DNA of 64,000 nt, taken from the NCBI GenBank assembly GCA_045630385.1, contig JAZQTA010000009.1, forward strand, positions 3,465 through 67,464, given 5' to 3'. Origin of the DNA: Eubacteriales bacterium (GTDB lineage: Bacteria; Bacillota; Clostridia; Oscillospirales; CAG-272). This document shows positions 55,564-64,000 of this stretch, in pieces. The notes below the pieces were generated by a model that saw nothing but the letters and a program-made list of their open reading frames with translations, was not told the DNA's origin and made no database searches. The translations under genes were made by a program, and so were the position numbers. Numbering within the stretch: position 1 is the first letter of the stretch; the number at the start of each line of letters is the position of its first letter.

Positions 55564-56364
55564 TTAGATTTCGGTGGCTTCGCCCTGCAGCTCGGCAATA
55601 TAGGTTTTGGGGGATTTTCCGAGCGACTGCGAGAACACCTTGGAAAAATACAGTGCATCACCGAAGCCGGAGAGAAAGGCAATGTTTTTCACGCTGACAA
55701 CGCCGCGCTCCATTAAAAAGACGGCGTGACGAAGCCTTAATTCTCGCAAATACTGCGTGAAGGCAATTCCCTTTTTCTTTTTGAAACGCGAGGAAAGGTA
55801 TTTCGGATCATAGCCGATCTCCTTCGCGATCATCGGCAGGGTAAGCGCACGATCCGTGAAGCGCTCCTGCGTGATGGCGATCACCTTGGAGATCGCGTCC
55901 TCGATCTCGCCTTTTACAGGCGAAAGCTTGGCGAGCGAATAGAGCAATACGCTTTCGCAAAGGATATCGATATTTCCCGCCTGCGCTTCCCTTTGGCAAT
56001 CCTCCCAAAAGGGGATCAAGCCCTCGTAGCCCTCAAAAACGCCATCCGCCTCCTCCAGCCCAAAGCGCGAGATCAGCTCCTCTGCGCGGCGGCCGAAAAA
56101 GGAGATATAGAAATAGGCGAGGTCATCACCGCCGCGCACGGAAAAGCTCTGCCCCTCGCGGACGAAAAAGAGAGAGCCGCGCGCGATCCCACACTCCTTT
56201 CCGCCGAGCGAAAACACGCCCTCGCCGCCGAGGACGAGATGCAAGGCGTGATGCTTTGCGCGCACCCCCTGCGCCTGGGCTTGCCTCGATTCTTTGATGA
56301 AATTGACACAGATCAAGTCGCTTGAGCGAGAGGGACTGAATTTACAAACGCTTTCTGTTTTCAT
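55564..56364 (-). CDS. AraC-family transcriptional regulator
   Basis: 266 aa. Cupin-like N-terminus and C-terminal HTH (GFGDALYFSKVFSQSLGKSPKTY). Divergent from the oxidoreductase gene. Confidence 0.88.
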   Translation of the reverse strand: MKTESVCKFSPSRSSDLICVNFIKESRQAQAQGVRAKHHALHLVLGGEGVFSLGGKECGIARGSLFFVREGQSFSVRGGDDLAYFYISFFGRRAEELISRFGLEEADGVFEGYEGLIPFWEDCQREAQAGNIDILCESVLLYSLAKLSPVKGEIEDAISKVIAITQERFTDRALTLPMIAKEIGYDPKYLSSRFKKKKGIAFTQYLRELRLRHAVFLMERGVVSVKNIAFLSGFGDALYFSKVFSQSLGKSPKTYIAELQGEATEI

Positions 56365-56552
56365 ATAGCGCTCCTCATTCGTTTTCTACATTTTAGCAAA
56401 AAAAAGAGAAAAATGCAAGACGGCTGCGAAAGAAATACAACTTTTTTCCATATATTCATAGAAAAACGCCATTTACGAGAAGAAAAAAACAAATTATAAT
56501 AAATACGGAAGCATTTCTTCCGAAATACAAGTGAACGAAGAAGGAGAACCTT

Positions 56553-57830
56553 ATGCTTAAAAAAACCGTTAAGATCGGTATTTTCGGCGGCTATCGCGGC
56601 TCAAATTACTACAAAAATCTGATGGCGAACAACGGCGAGATCGTTGCCGTTTGCGATAAAAATGAAAAGTATGCAAAAAAGGCAAAGGATATGCTTGGCG
56701 GCGACGTTGCCATCTACACAAGCTTTGATGAGCTGATCGAGTATCCCGGGCTTGAGGCGATCCTGCTTTCAAACTATTTCCACGAGCACGCCCCCTACGC
56801 GATCCGCGCATTGGAAAAGGGCATTCACGTGCTGAGCGAATGCACCTCGAACGGCACGATGGCCGAGGGCGTGGCGCTCGTGCGCGCGGCCGAAAAGAGC
56901 AAGGCCGTTTATATGCTGGCGGAAAACTATCCTTATATGCTCTTCAACCGGGAAATGCGCCGCATTTTCAAGGGAGGCTCGCTCGGCAAGCTGATCTTCG
57001 CAGAGGGCGAATACAATCATCCCATGGATCCGGAGGACGATCTGAACTATTATATTTCGCTTTGCCCCGATTCCAAGCACTGGCGCTACGATCTGCCACG
57101 CTCCTATTATATCACCCACGCCCTGGCACCCTTGATGCATATTACGGGGGCTTTCCCCAAGCGCGTGACGGCAATGGCGGCCTTGGATCCCAAGCCCGAG
57201 GAAAAGGAAAAATTACAGCGCGGCGTTCCCGAGCGCGCGGCGATCATACTCACGCAAAATGACGATGGCTCGATCTTCCGCGTGACGGGATGCGCAGCCT
57301 TCGGCCATCACGAAAATTCCTACCGCATCTGCGGCACGAAGGGACAAATGGAAAACCTGCGCGATCACTCCGAGAGAGTGCTTCTCTCCTATAACAGCTG
57401 GGATAAGCCCGATGAAGGCGAGAATACAAGAATTTACAAGCCCGAGCTCATAGACGAGGATAAGGAGCTGATCGAAAAGGCCGGGCACGGCGGCGGCGAC
57501 TTCTTCGTGGCAAGAGAATTTCTCTCTTGCATCCGCGAGGGCAGAAGACCCGTATTCGACGTTTATTTTGCAACCGCGATGGCATCTGCCGCGATTCTTT
57601 CCCATCGAAGCATCCTTGAGGGCGGCAAGCCCTACGATATTCCCGACTTCCGTAAGGAGGAGGACAGAAAAGCCTACGAAAACGATACGCTCTCTCCCTT
57701 CCACGGCTCGGACGGCACCCTTCCCACGATCACGCCCTCGGCCATGCCCGAATACCACACGCTCACCGAGGCGGGACGCGCACGCTACGACAGTCTTGTA
57801 AAAGCGTACAGAGAAGCGCATCAAAATTGA
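56553..57830 (+). CDS. Gfo/Idh/MocA-family oxidoreductase
   Basis: N-terminal Rossmann KIGIFGGYRGS and a LSEC.. (E-K-P-like) region. 425 aa. Confidence 0.8.
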   Translation: MLKKTVKIGIFGGYRGSNYYKNLMANNGEIVAVCDKNEKYAKKAKDMLGGDVAIYTSFDELIEYPGLEAILLSNYFHEHAPYAIRALEKGIHVLSECTSNGTMAEGVALVRAAEKSKAVYMLAENYPYMLFNREMRRIFKGGSLGKLIFAEGEYNHPMDPEDDLNYYISLCPDSKHWRYDLPRSYYITHALAPLMHITGAFPKRVTAMAALDPKPEEKEKLQRGVPERAAIILTQNDDGSIFRVTGCAAFGHHENSYRICGTKGQMENLRDHSERVLLSYNSWDKPDEGENTRIYKPELIDEDKELIEKAGHGGGDFFVAREFLSCIREGRRPVFDVYFATAMASAAILSHRSILEGGKPYDIPDFRKEEDRKAYENDTLSPFHGSDGTLPTITPSAMPEYHTLTEAGRARYDSLVKAYREAHQN

Positions 57831-57908
57831 CAGCGCCTCCAACATGAAAAAAATCATACCAAAAAACGAACAATTCTTGCAGTTATAATACAAAAGCGAA
57901 AATATCTC

Positions 57909-57937
57909 TTGAAAAAGCGACAGAAATATGATATAAT
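57909..57937 (+). promoter_or_regulatory. sigma-A type promoter for the 58038 gene
   Basis: TTGAAA (57909-57914), 17 nt, then TGaTATAAT (57929-57937). Confidence 0.65.
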
Positions 57938-58037
57938 CATGATACAGTCATATACGGACGGCTTGAATCATAAAGAAGAAAGAATTTTTTTCGTTTTTCG
58001 TGACAGGCCTTCCGCAAAAAAAGAAAGAGGTATTTTT

Positions 58038-58580
58038 ATGAGTGACGAGCTTTCCTTTAACGGCGCGGAATTTGCCAAGCCCGTAGAAAACAAGGGTAAA
58101 TACAAGAAGAAGCGCATGATGTTTCTCGGCCTGTACGTAGCGTTTGCCGCGGCGTATCTTTACGTAGCCCTCGTGGCAACGAAGGCGGCGGCGATCATCG
58201 CGATTCTTCCCCTTCTCATCTACATCCTTTATCTTGCGACCTGGCGCTACTGCAACTTCGAGTGGCTGATCCGCATAAACGTCGGCAAGATCACGATCTA
58301 CCACCTTTACAACAAGAGAGAAAAGGAAAAGCATTCCTTTATGGCAAAGAGCATCCTTTCCGCGCTTCCCGACACCGAGGAGAACTTTGAGAAGCTGAAG
58401 GAAGGCGCAACCGTGATCGACTTCCGCACCGCGCCCGATGAGAAGGAGGCTTACCTCTTCCTCTACGAGGAGGGCGGCAAGAAGACCTTGATCCGCGTTT
58501 CGGTTTGCCGCGCGGTCGTTGTTGCCGCTCGCAGATACAGCGAGAACGTGATCGTTGACAAGGATTTCCTTCTGGTTTAA
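58038..58580 (+). CDS. small membrane protein of unknown function
   Basis: ATG 58038 (MSDELSF) follows AAGAAAGAGG. Two TM spans and then a soluble C-terminal domain. The ORF track start at 57909 coincides with the promoter. Confidence 0.7.
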   Translation: MSDELSFNGAEFAKPVENKGKYKKKRMMFLGLYVAFAAAYLYVALVATKAAAIIAILPLLIYILYLATWRYCNFEWLIRINVGKITIYHLYNKREKEKHSFMAKSILSALPDTEENFEKLKEGATVIDFRTAPDEKEAYLFLYEEGGKKTLIRVSVCRAVVVAARRYSENVIVDKDFLLV

Positions 58581-58596
58581 TTTTTACATTAAATAA

Positions 58597-58653
58597 ATAA
58601 CACCACCCTTACGGAGAATCTCAAAATCGGATTTTCCATAAAAGTGGTGTTAT
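58597..58653. terminator. long hairpin between convergent genes (probable bidirectional terminator)
   Basis: AATAACACCAC (58597-58607) / GTGGTGTTATT (58643-58653) with additional pairing in the loop. T-rich flanks on both strands. Confidence 0.55.
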
Positions 58654-58680
58654 TTTATTTCTTTAATAGAACGGGCCGAA

Positions 58681-60216
58681 TCAATCGGGCAGGACCGAGA
58701 GAAGCTGCTCGGCGGCTTCTCTATCAAGCATTTCCACCTTGACCTCGTTATCCAACGCGTTCGCGCGAAGGTGAAGGATCAGGGTGTAGATCCCCGCGCG
58801 GGCGCGCAGAGGCGTGGTCACGTCCTCCACCGCGATCAGGGAGCGGCGCATCAGGGTGGTGATGCGCTTCTGATAGCCGCCGCCGTATACCGTGATGCGA
58901 TCCTCGGTTATGGCAATTCCCGCCGTCTTATAGGCAAGGAATGCACCGAAGGCGCGGAGTCCCACGGCGATCGCAAAGCCGATGGCAAACAGAACGGAAA
59001 CGATCGAAAGCGCGATCGCGGGCGCATCCAAAAGATACATCAGGGAAAGCGCGAGTACCGCACTCAAGGCAGAAATTGAGAAAATGAGAAGCGTGCTCCA
59101 CGAGATAAAGGGAAAATAGCGAACGGCGCGCGTTTTCTTTTCCATGGGCACGTATGCGGGAAGAAGTGAGGCGATAATCTCGGCCGCCTCCTGCGCGCGG
59201 CAAAGCGGCAAGAGCATGCCGACCATGGAAGCGCCTTTATTTTGCTGATCCTCTCCGCCCTCGTGATAGCCGATGACCTCAAGGGTGAGCGTTGCATACC
59301 CGAAGAGGCGCTGAATAAGACCTTGGCGGATCACGACACCCTGGATGCGGTCGAAGCCGAAGCTGTTTTCATGGCGCGTGAGAAGTCCGTAGGATATCTC
59401 GAGATCCTTCGCCGTTTTACGGATGCGGAAGTTATAAAATCCGATAAAGGATTGCAGAATGCTTACAAGGAAGGTGAAGAGAGAAATTCCCACCGTCACG
59501 ATCAAGCAGACGATCAGCGCAGGAACGAGCACGAAAAAGATCTCGCCGGCAAAAATCCTATACAGCACGGGAACAAGACAGAAATAGGCAACGAGCGCAA
59601 GCACGATCACCGTTAAGGTTCCCAAGGCCGCCGATGCGATATTCAAAAGCGAATAGATCAGCTTCTTTCCCGAGGACAGAACGAGATCGCCGCCCTCCGC
59701 GCAAAGAACCTCCTCAGCGGGGGCTTGCTCCGCGGCAACGGACTCGCCGTTCTTTTTTGCCTTCAGAAACGCCATCAGCCGATCTGCCTCGGCGGCCGTT
59801 TCGTAGATCAGAATCTCGGAGGTCATGGCCGTATTGGCCGATCCGCTATCCACCGTGATCACCGCAAGTCCGAAAAGGCGCTGAATGATATTTTGCTTTT
59901 TATTGATAGCGTGCATTTTGCAGTATTCGAGAATTGAATTCTTGCGGAAGAGCACGCCGCGCGTGACGCGAACGTCATTTTCGGTCAGCGTATAGGATGC
60001 GAAGCGAAGGTAGAGCACGCGGTAAAGAATGAGCGCCGCATATACGGCAACCATGGCGAGAATAAAGAACGGAAGAGCGCGAAGATCCCATCCGAGCATA
60101 TTGCCCGCCTCGTCCTCCAGGATGAGCGCATCCATAAAAGCGAAGGCGGCAACAAGAGTGATAAAGATATCCGCGACGAAATGGTAGTAGAGGTAATTCT
60201 TACAAAACTTCTTCAT
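58681..60216 (-). CDS. YdbT-like membrane protein with three bacterial PH (bPH_2) domains
   Basis: About 511 aa from ATG 60216 (MKKFCKNY). Repeated pattern of a TM pair followed by a PH-like module (Y.LT...V....G.L.R....I.........Q..IQRLFG). Downstream of a YdbS-like gene. Confidence 0.75.
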   Translation of the reverse strand: MKKFCKNYLYYHFVADIFITLVAAFAFMDALILEDEAGNMLGWDLRALPFFILAMVAVYAALILYRVLYLRFASYTLTENDVRVTRGVLFRKNSILEYCKMHAINKKQNIIQRLFGLAVITVDSGSANTAMTSEILIYETAAEADRLMAFLKAKKNGESVAAEQAPAEEVLCAEGGDLVLSSGKKLIYSLLNIASAALGTLTVIVLALVAYFCLVPVLYRIFAGEIFFVLVPALIVCLIVTVGISLFTFLVSILQSFIGFYNFRIRKTAKDLEISYGLLTRHENSFGFDRIQGVVIRQGLIQRLFGYATLTLEVIGYHEGGEDQQNKGASMVGMLLPLCRAQEAAEIIASLLPAYVPMEKKTRAVRYFPFISWSTLLIFSISALSAVLALSLMYLLDAPAIALSIVSVLFAIGFAIAVGLRAFGAFLAYKTAGIAITEDRITVYGGGYQKRITTLMRRSLIAVEDVTTPLRARAGIYTLILHLRANALDNEVKVEMLDREAAEQLLSVLPD

Positions 60217-60685
60217 TCGCCTTTTCCTCCACGCGCTTTTCAAGATAGCCCTCCAGCACCTCGATCATAAGGTCTGCCTCGGCTCTTGAAAGGCAAGCAA
60301 GATTGAAGTTTGAGCCCGCCGTGGAGATCATGACACCGCTAAGACCGAGCGCCATCATGATCGGGCCCTCAAAGCGGTGCAGATCCTGGATCTGGCATAC
60401 GGGAATGGTGACCGAGTGGCGGAAGATCACGCCGCGGCGCACGAGGATGCGCTTTTCATCAAAGCCGTAAGCGTAAAGCTTATAGCGGAAATACGGAAGG
60501 ATCAGAAGGAAGGCAAGCGAGATCAGAACGGGAATACCCGCGCCGATCAGCACCGCAACTCGCGCGACACCGGCAGGCGCCAGAATCGCGGCGGGAATAA
60601 ATGCGCCGAGAATGGCAACGGCGGCAATGCCGCAACGGAGGTAAAAGAGCTGCATTGCTCTTTTGGGAAGCTTATTCATTTTCAT
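60200..60685 (-). CDS. YdbS-like membrane protein with a single bPH_2 domain
   Basis: 161 aa. Two TM spans, then YGFDEKRILVRRGVIFRHSVTIPVCQIQDL. Overlaps the ydbT-like start. Confidence 0.75.
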   Translation of the reverse strand: MKMNKLPKRAMQLFYLRCGIAAVAILGAFIPAAILAPAGVARVAVLIGAGIPVLISLAFLLILPYFRYKLYAYGFDEKRILVRRGVIFRHSVTIPVCQIQDLHRFEGPIMMALGLSGVMISTAGSNFNLACLSRAEADLMIEVLEGYLEKRVEEKANEEVL

Positions 60686-60707
60686 AATCGGTTCTCCTTT
60701 TTATGAT

Positions 60708-62603
60708 TCAAATTTCAAAGCTCGGCTTTTCGCCAAGCAAAAGTCTGCAAAGATAATATACGGGGATCGCGGACCAGCCGTGGCAAAGGCTTCCCGCGCC
60801 GTCGAAGTCCTCCCAGCCCTTTTCGGTTTCCCAGAAGCTGGTTGCTCCCTCGGCAAGCATACGGCCGTATTTTTTCTTTATATCCTCGATAATATACGAA
60901 GAATAGTCAACATTTGTTTGCAAAAGAGCATCATAGAAGTAAGTATGCATCGAAAGCGTGATCGGAACGAGGCTTTCATCGGTCAGCATTTTCTCCACCA
61001 CGCTCTTATCTCCAACGCCGCAAAGCACGGCAATGCTGTTTGCAAGAACGCTTCCCTTATCGCTACCCGTGCTCATGCGGAAGTATCCCTTTTCCTCGAC
61101 AAAGAAGGCCTTTTTGATCGCACGGAGCATGCCCTCGGCGGTGCTTTCGCCTCCGTAGAGCGCGGCATAGTCGCGGCAGGCGAGAACGTACATGCCGTTC
61201 AGCGCAAGGTCATAGCAAAACGTATATTCCTCGGGGGTGCGGTGAAGATCGTGATCGTTATCGCTTTCCTCCGACCATTCGTAGAAATTCCAGAAGGGAT
61301 ACGGAAAGCGAGGGATCAGGCCGCTTTCATCGATGCGCGAGGCAAAGGCGGCGAGCATTTTTTCCATTGCGGGGCGAACGAGCGGCAGCACCGACCGATC
61401 TCCCGTGTGCGCCACGTAATCCCGCACAACGCGCGGAAAGCACAGCGAAAAGGACGGAATGGCAAACGCTCTTTTGGTTGGGAAGCAAAGCGGAAAGAAT
61501 CCGTTTTCCATCTGCCCCTCGGCAAAGAACAGCACGTGGTGGCGCTGGAGCGCCGCGCCTCGGAAGGCGGTGTATCCGCAAAGCATCTGATTGCGGCTGT
61601 CAAGAAGATAGGTAGACTGCTCGCGCCAAGGGCAATCCTCGTAATGCTCGTGCACCGAAAGGCGAAGAGTATTCACCGAGGTATCGTAAATTTTTTGGAG
61701 CAGAGGATCGGAAAAGCTTTTTTTCTTTTCCGAAAAACGGCGGCTCACCTCTCGGATCGCAAAATGCGAAACGGTGATGGGCGCTTCGTGCGCGACCTCA
61801 AGATATCTGCCCGCGAGGCGGCGCAGGGGATGCAAAAATACGTTTCTTCCCTTATGCGCCTTATATTCCACCGAGAAATCGCGGCCGCCGATCAGGCGCG
61901 GCACGTGACCGTCCACAAGATGCTCGCCGTACGAGACCGTCAGAAGCTGATCCGCATCGGACAAAAGATCCAGAGAAAGGAAGCCCGCACGCTCCTCTCC
62001 GAGATCGAAAAGATAGGTGCCGTGATCGGTGCGCGTCACCGCGGCCGCCTTTGCAAGCGGCAGAAGGCGAAGCGGCGAAATACTGCGCTTTTTCGGCTGC
62101 GGCCGATCCGCGGACACAGCGCTTTCCCAAGCGGCCGGCGCGGCGGTGCTGTCATAAAAGAAGGAAAGGCCGAGCTGAACGGTGATCACCTTTTTATAGC
62201 CCGCTTTATATCCCGCTACCTTGCGGCAAGCGATACCCGCATCCGAGGCGAAGATTGCTTGACCGTCGGCACGAAGCTCAAACCAAAGCCCGGGCGCGTC
62301 GCTGATATAACAGCTGGAATCCACACCGGGATGCCAGGCAAGAATGCGAAGGGTGTGCCCCCCGCCGTCCGCAAGGAAGCGCGAAACGGCGCATTCGTCA
62401 TAAAGCGGTGCATTGGGATACGCGCCGCTCTGCGAAAAGAGAACGAGCTTTTCGTCTATATATGCGGCAAAATGCCCCTCGGATGCGACGGCAAGCGTGA
62501 TTTTCTTCCCTTTCCCGACCGATACGGGCAAGGAAAACTCCGCATAGCTATCCGCCTCCGCGGTGGGAAGCCATATCCATTTTCCGGACAAGGTGTTCTT
62601 CAT
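60708..62603 (-). CDS. GH78-like six-hairpin glycoside hydrolase (alpha-L-rhamnosidase-related)
   Basis: 631 aa. N-terminal GKWIW motif, an internal EDCPWREQ (compare the GH78 DCP.R(E/D) motif), and a C-terminal ATSFWE......GSLCHGWSA.P. Confidence 0.7.
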   Translation of the reverse strand: MKNTLSGKWIWLPTAEADSYAEFSLPVSVGKGKKITLAVASEGHFAAYIDEKLVLFSQSGAYPNAPLYDECAVSRFLADGGGHTLRILAWHPGVDSSCYISDAPGLWFELRADGQAIFASDAGIACRKVAGYKAGYKKVITVQLGLSFFYDSTAAPAAWESAVSADRPQPKKRSISPLRLLPLAKAAAVTRTDHGTYLFDLGEERAGFLSLDLLSDADQLLTVSYGEHLVDGHVPRLIGGRDFSVEYKAHKGRNVFLHPLRRLAGRYLEVAHEAPITVSHFAIREVSRRFSEKKKSFSDPLLQKIYDTSVNTLRLSVHEHYEDCPWREQSTYLLDSRNQMLCGYTAFRGAALQRHHVLFFAEGQMENGFFPLCFPTKRAFAIPSFSLCFPRVVRDYVAHTGDRSVLPLVRPAMEKMLAAFASRIDESGLIPRFPYPFWNFYEWSEESDNDHDLHRTPEEYTFCYDLALNGMYVLACRDYAALYGGESTAEGMLRAIKKAFFVEEKGYFRMSTGSDKGSVLANSIAVLCGVGDKSVVEKMLTDESLVPITLSMHTYFYDALLQTNVDYSSYIIEDIKKKYGRMLAEGATSFWETEKGWEDFDGAGSLCHGWSAIPVYYLCRLLLGEKPSFEI

Positions 62604-62740
62604 AAAACGCTCCTTTTGTTTTCTTTGCTTTTATACTATCACAACGCGCGCGTTTTTGCAAGAGAAAAAATATGAATTTGCGCTTTACATTTTTTTTGGC
62701 ATGTGCTACAATAAAGTAAACAAAACTGCGGAGGCGAAAA

Positions 62741-64000
62741 ATGACTTCTCTTTTCGGAAATGCAAAATTTATCAGCTGTGCAACGCCCGTCGTCGGCCGT
62801 CGGACGGGAACGGCCAATCCTACGCTGCGCTTCAGAAGAGCCTTTGACCTGAAAGCAATGCCGAAGAAGGCCACCGTGCGCATTGCGGGGCTCGGCTGCT
62901 TCCTTCTTTATATCAACGGAAAAAGAGTGAGCGACGAGCTCCTCTCCCCCGCCTTCACGGATTACACCAAGACCGTGCTCTACTGCGAATATGACGTCAC
63001 GCCGCTTCTCTGCGAGGGCAAAAACCTCATCTGCGCAGAGGTTGGCAGCGGCCACTTTAACCAAAGCGAGGCAGACACCTGGAGCTTTTACGCCGCACCG
63101 TGGCGAGATTTCCAGAAGCTTCTTTTCGCGCTCGTCCTTGACGGCGAGATCGCGCTTGTCAGCGATAAAGCCTTCCGCGTCAGCCGCGTGATCGGAGAGG
63201 ACGGCATTCCCACCTTCGTCGGTCCTTGCTATTACAGCGTGCTTCGCGTGGGCGAGCGGTATGACGCAAGGCTGGAGGACGGCTGGCTCGAGCCCGATTT
63301 TGACGATCGCGCATGGATGCACGCCTCCTTCGCGGCGCATCCCGGCGGCAAGCTCAAAAAGCAGTCACTCCCTCCGATGCGCGTGTGCGAGAGGCTCAAG
63401 CCCGTGAAAAGCTGGGCATCGAAAAACGGCCGCGTTTACGATTTCGGAAAGGGCATCAGCGGCGTATGCGAGGTGTCCATGAAGGCAAGGCGCGGCACGG
63501 AAATGACGATCCGCTACGGCGAGGTGCTGGATGGGCGCGAGCTTGACAGCACGCACATCGGCTGCTATCAGAAGATCGACCGTTTCTCCGAGGATACCTA
63601 TATTTTCAAGGGCGGCGAGAAGGAAACGCATCACGCCTCCTTCGTATACCACGGCTTTCAATTCGTGGAGATCCTCGGCGCGACACCGAAGGACGATGAG
63701 ATCACCGCGCTCTTTATCCGCACGGATCTGAAATCCCTCGACGATTTTTCCACCTCTGACGAGCATATCGCATGGTTTGCCGAGGCGGCAAAGACCTCGC
63801 TTCTTGCAAACTTCCACGGCTTCTCCGAGGACTGCCCGCACCGCGAAAAGAACGGCTGGACGGGCGATGCTTCCCTCTCCGCGGCGCACGCCTGCCTACG
63901 CCTGGATATGCGCGCGGCATACAAAAAATACCTTCTCGACATCATCGACACCCAGCGCATAAGCGGACAGATCAGCTGCGTTTGCCCGACGGCGGGCTGG
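62741..64000 (+). CDS. alpha-L-rhamnosidase (GH78), 5' partial, runs off the window end
   Basis: Not in the ORF track because no stop is reached. My hand translation from ATG 62741 (RBS GGAGG) gives 420 in-frame codons: MTSLFGNAKFISCATP...RIAGLGCFLLYINGKRVSDELL...EDCPHREKNGWTGDA. Confidence 0.8.
   Translation, partial: MTSLFGNAKFISCATPVVGRRTGTANPTLRFRRAFDLKAMPKKATVRIAGLGCFLLYINGKRVSDELLSPAFTDYTKTVLYCEYDVTPLLCEGKNLICAEVGSGHFNQSEADTWSFYAAPWRDFQKLLFALVLDGEIALVSDKAFRVSRVIGEDGIPTFVGPCYYSVLRVGERYDARLEDGWLEPDFDDRAWMHASFAAHPGGKLKKQSLPPMRVCERLKPVKSWASKNGRVYDFGKGISGVCEVSMKARRGTEMTIRYGEVLDGRELDSTHIGCYQKIDRFSEDTYIFKGGEKETHHASFVYHGFQFVEILGATPKDDEITALFIRTDLKSLDDFSTSDEHIAWFAEAAKTSLLANFHGFSEDCPHREKNGWTGDASLSAAHACLRLDMRAAYKKYLLDIIDTQRISGQISCVCPTAGW

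Overview
This 64-kb window looks chromosomal and comes from a fairly GC-rich Firmicute. It is most likely an anaerobic Clostridia genome (Oscillospiraceae/Ruminococcaceae-like). That guess rests on the SCIFF ranthipeptide locus, a SpoVB/MurJ-like flippase, cohesin/dockerin proteins, yceD-rpmF and many AraC-controlled sugar-utilisation genes.

About 50 protein genes are supported. I recognised no rRNA, tRNA, CRISPR array, transposase or integrase.

Most of the window is ordinary housekeeping or carbohydrate metabolism:
- split transketolase
- an amino-acid ABC transporter
- two CNNM/CorC-type genes
- NahK and a ROK kinase
- an SbcD/Rad50-like pair
- L32
- split ChrA
- TrxB
- M20 peptidase
- Fe-ADH
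- GH78-like and GH123/DUF4091-like enzymes
- five AraC regulators

Three parts stand out.
1. 0.4-5.4 kb: two tandem secreted lipoproteins built almost entirely from Cys-triplet/His modules (11-12% Cys). They are followed by an eight-unit 19-bp tandem array in which each unit carries a GC mini-hairpin, and the array lies between two intrinsic terminators.
2. 16-22.8 kb: a visibly AT-richer two-gene surface operon. It encodes a lipoprotein with a cohesin-like module and a 1711-aa protein with cohesin, dockerin, LRR and Listeria-Bacteroides repeats plus large unassigned modules.
3. 22.6-22.8 kb: the apparent promoter of that operon sits inside a 131-bp segment bracketed by perfect 27-bp inverted repeats. 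This is a candidate invertible (phase-variable) switch.

All domain calls are by-eye motif recognition. Hairpin and repeat coordinates were hand-indexed. No database search or structure prediction was possible.
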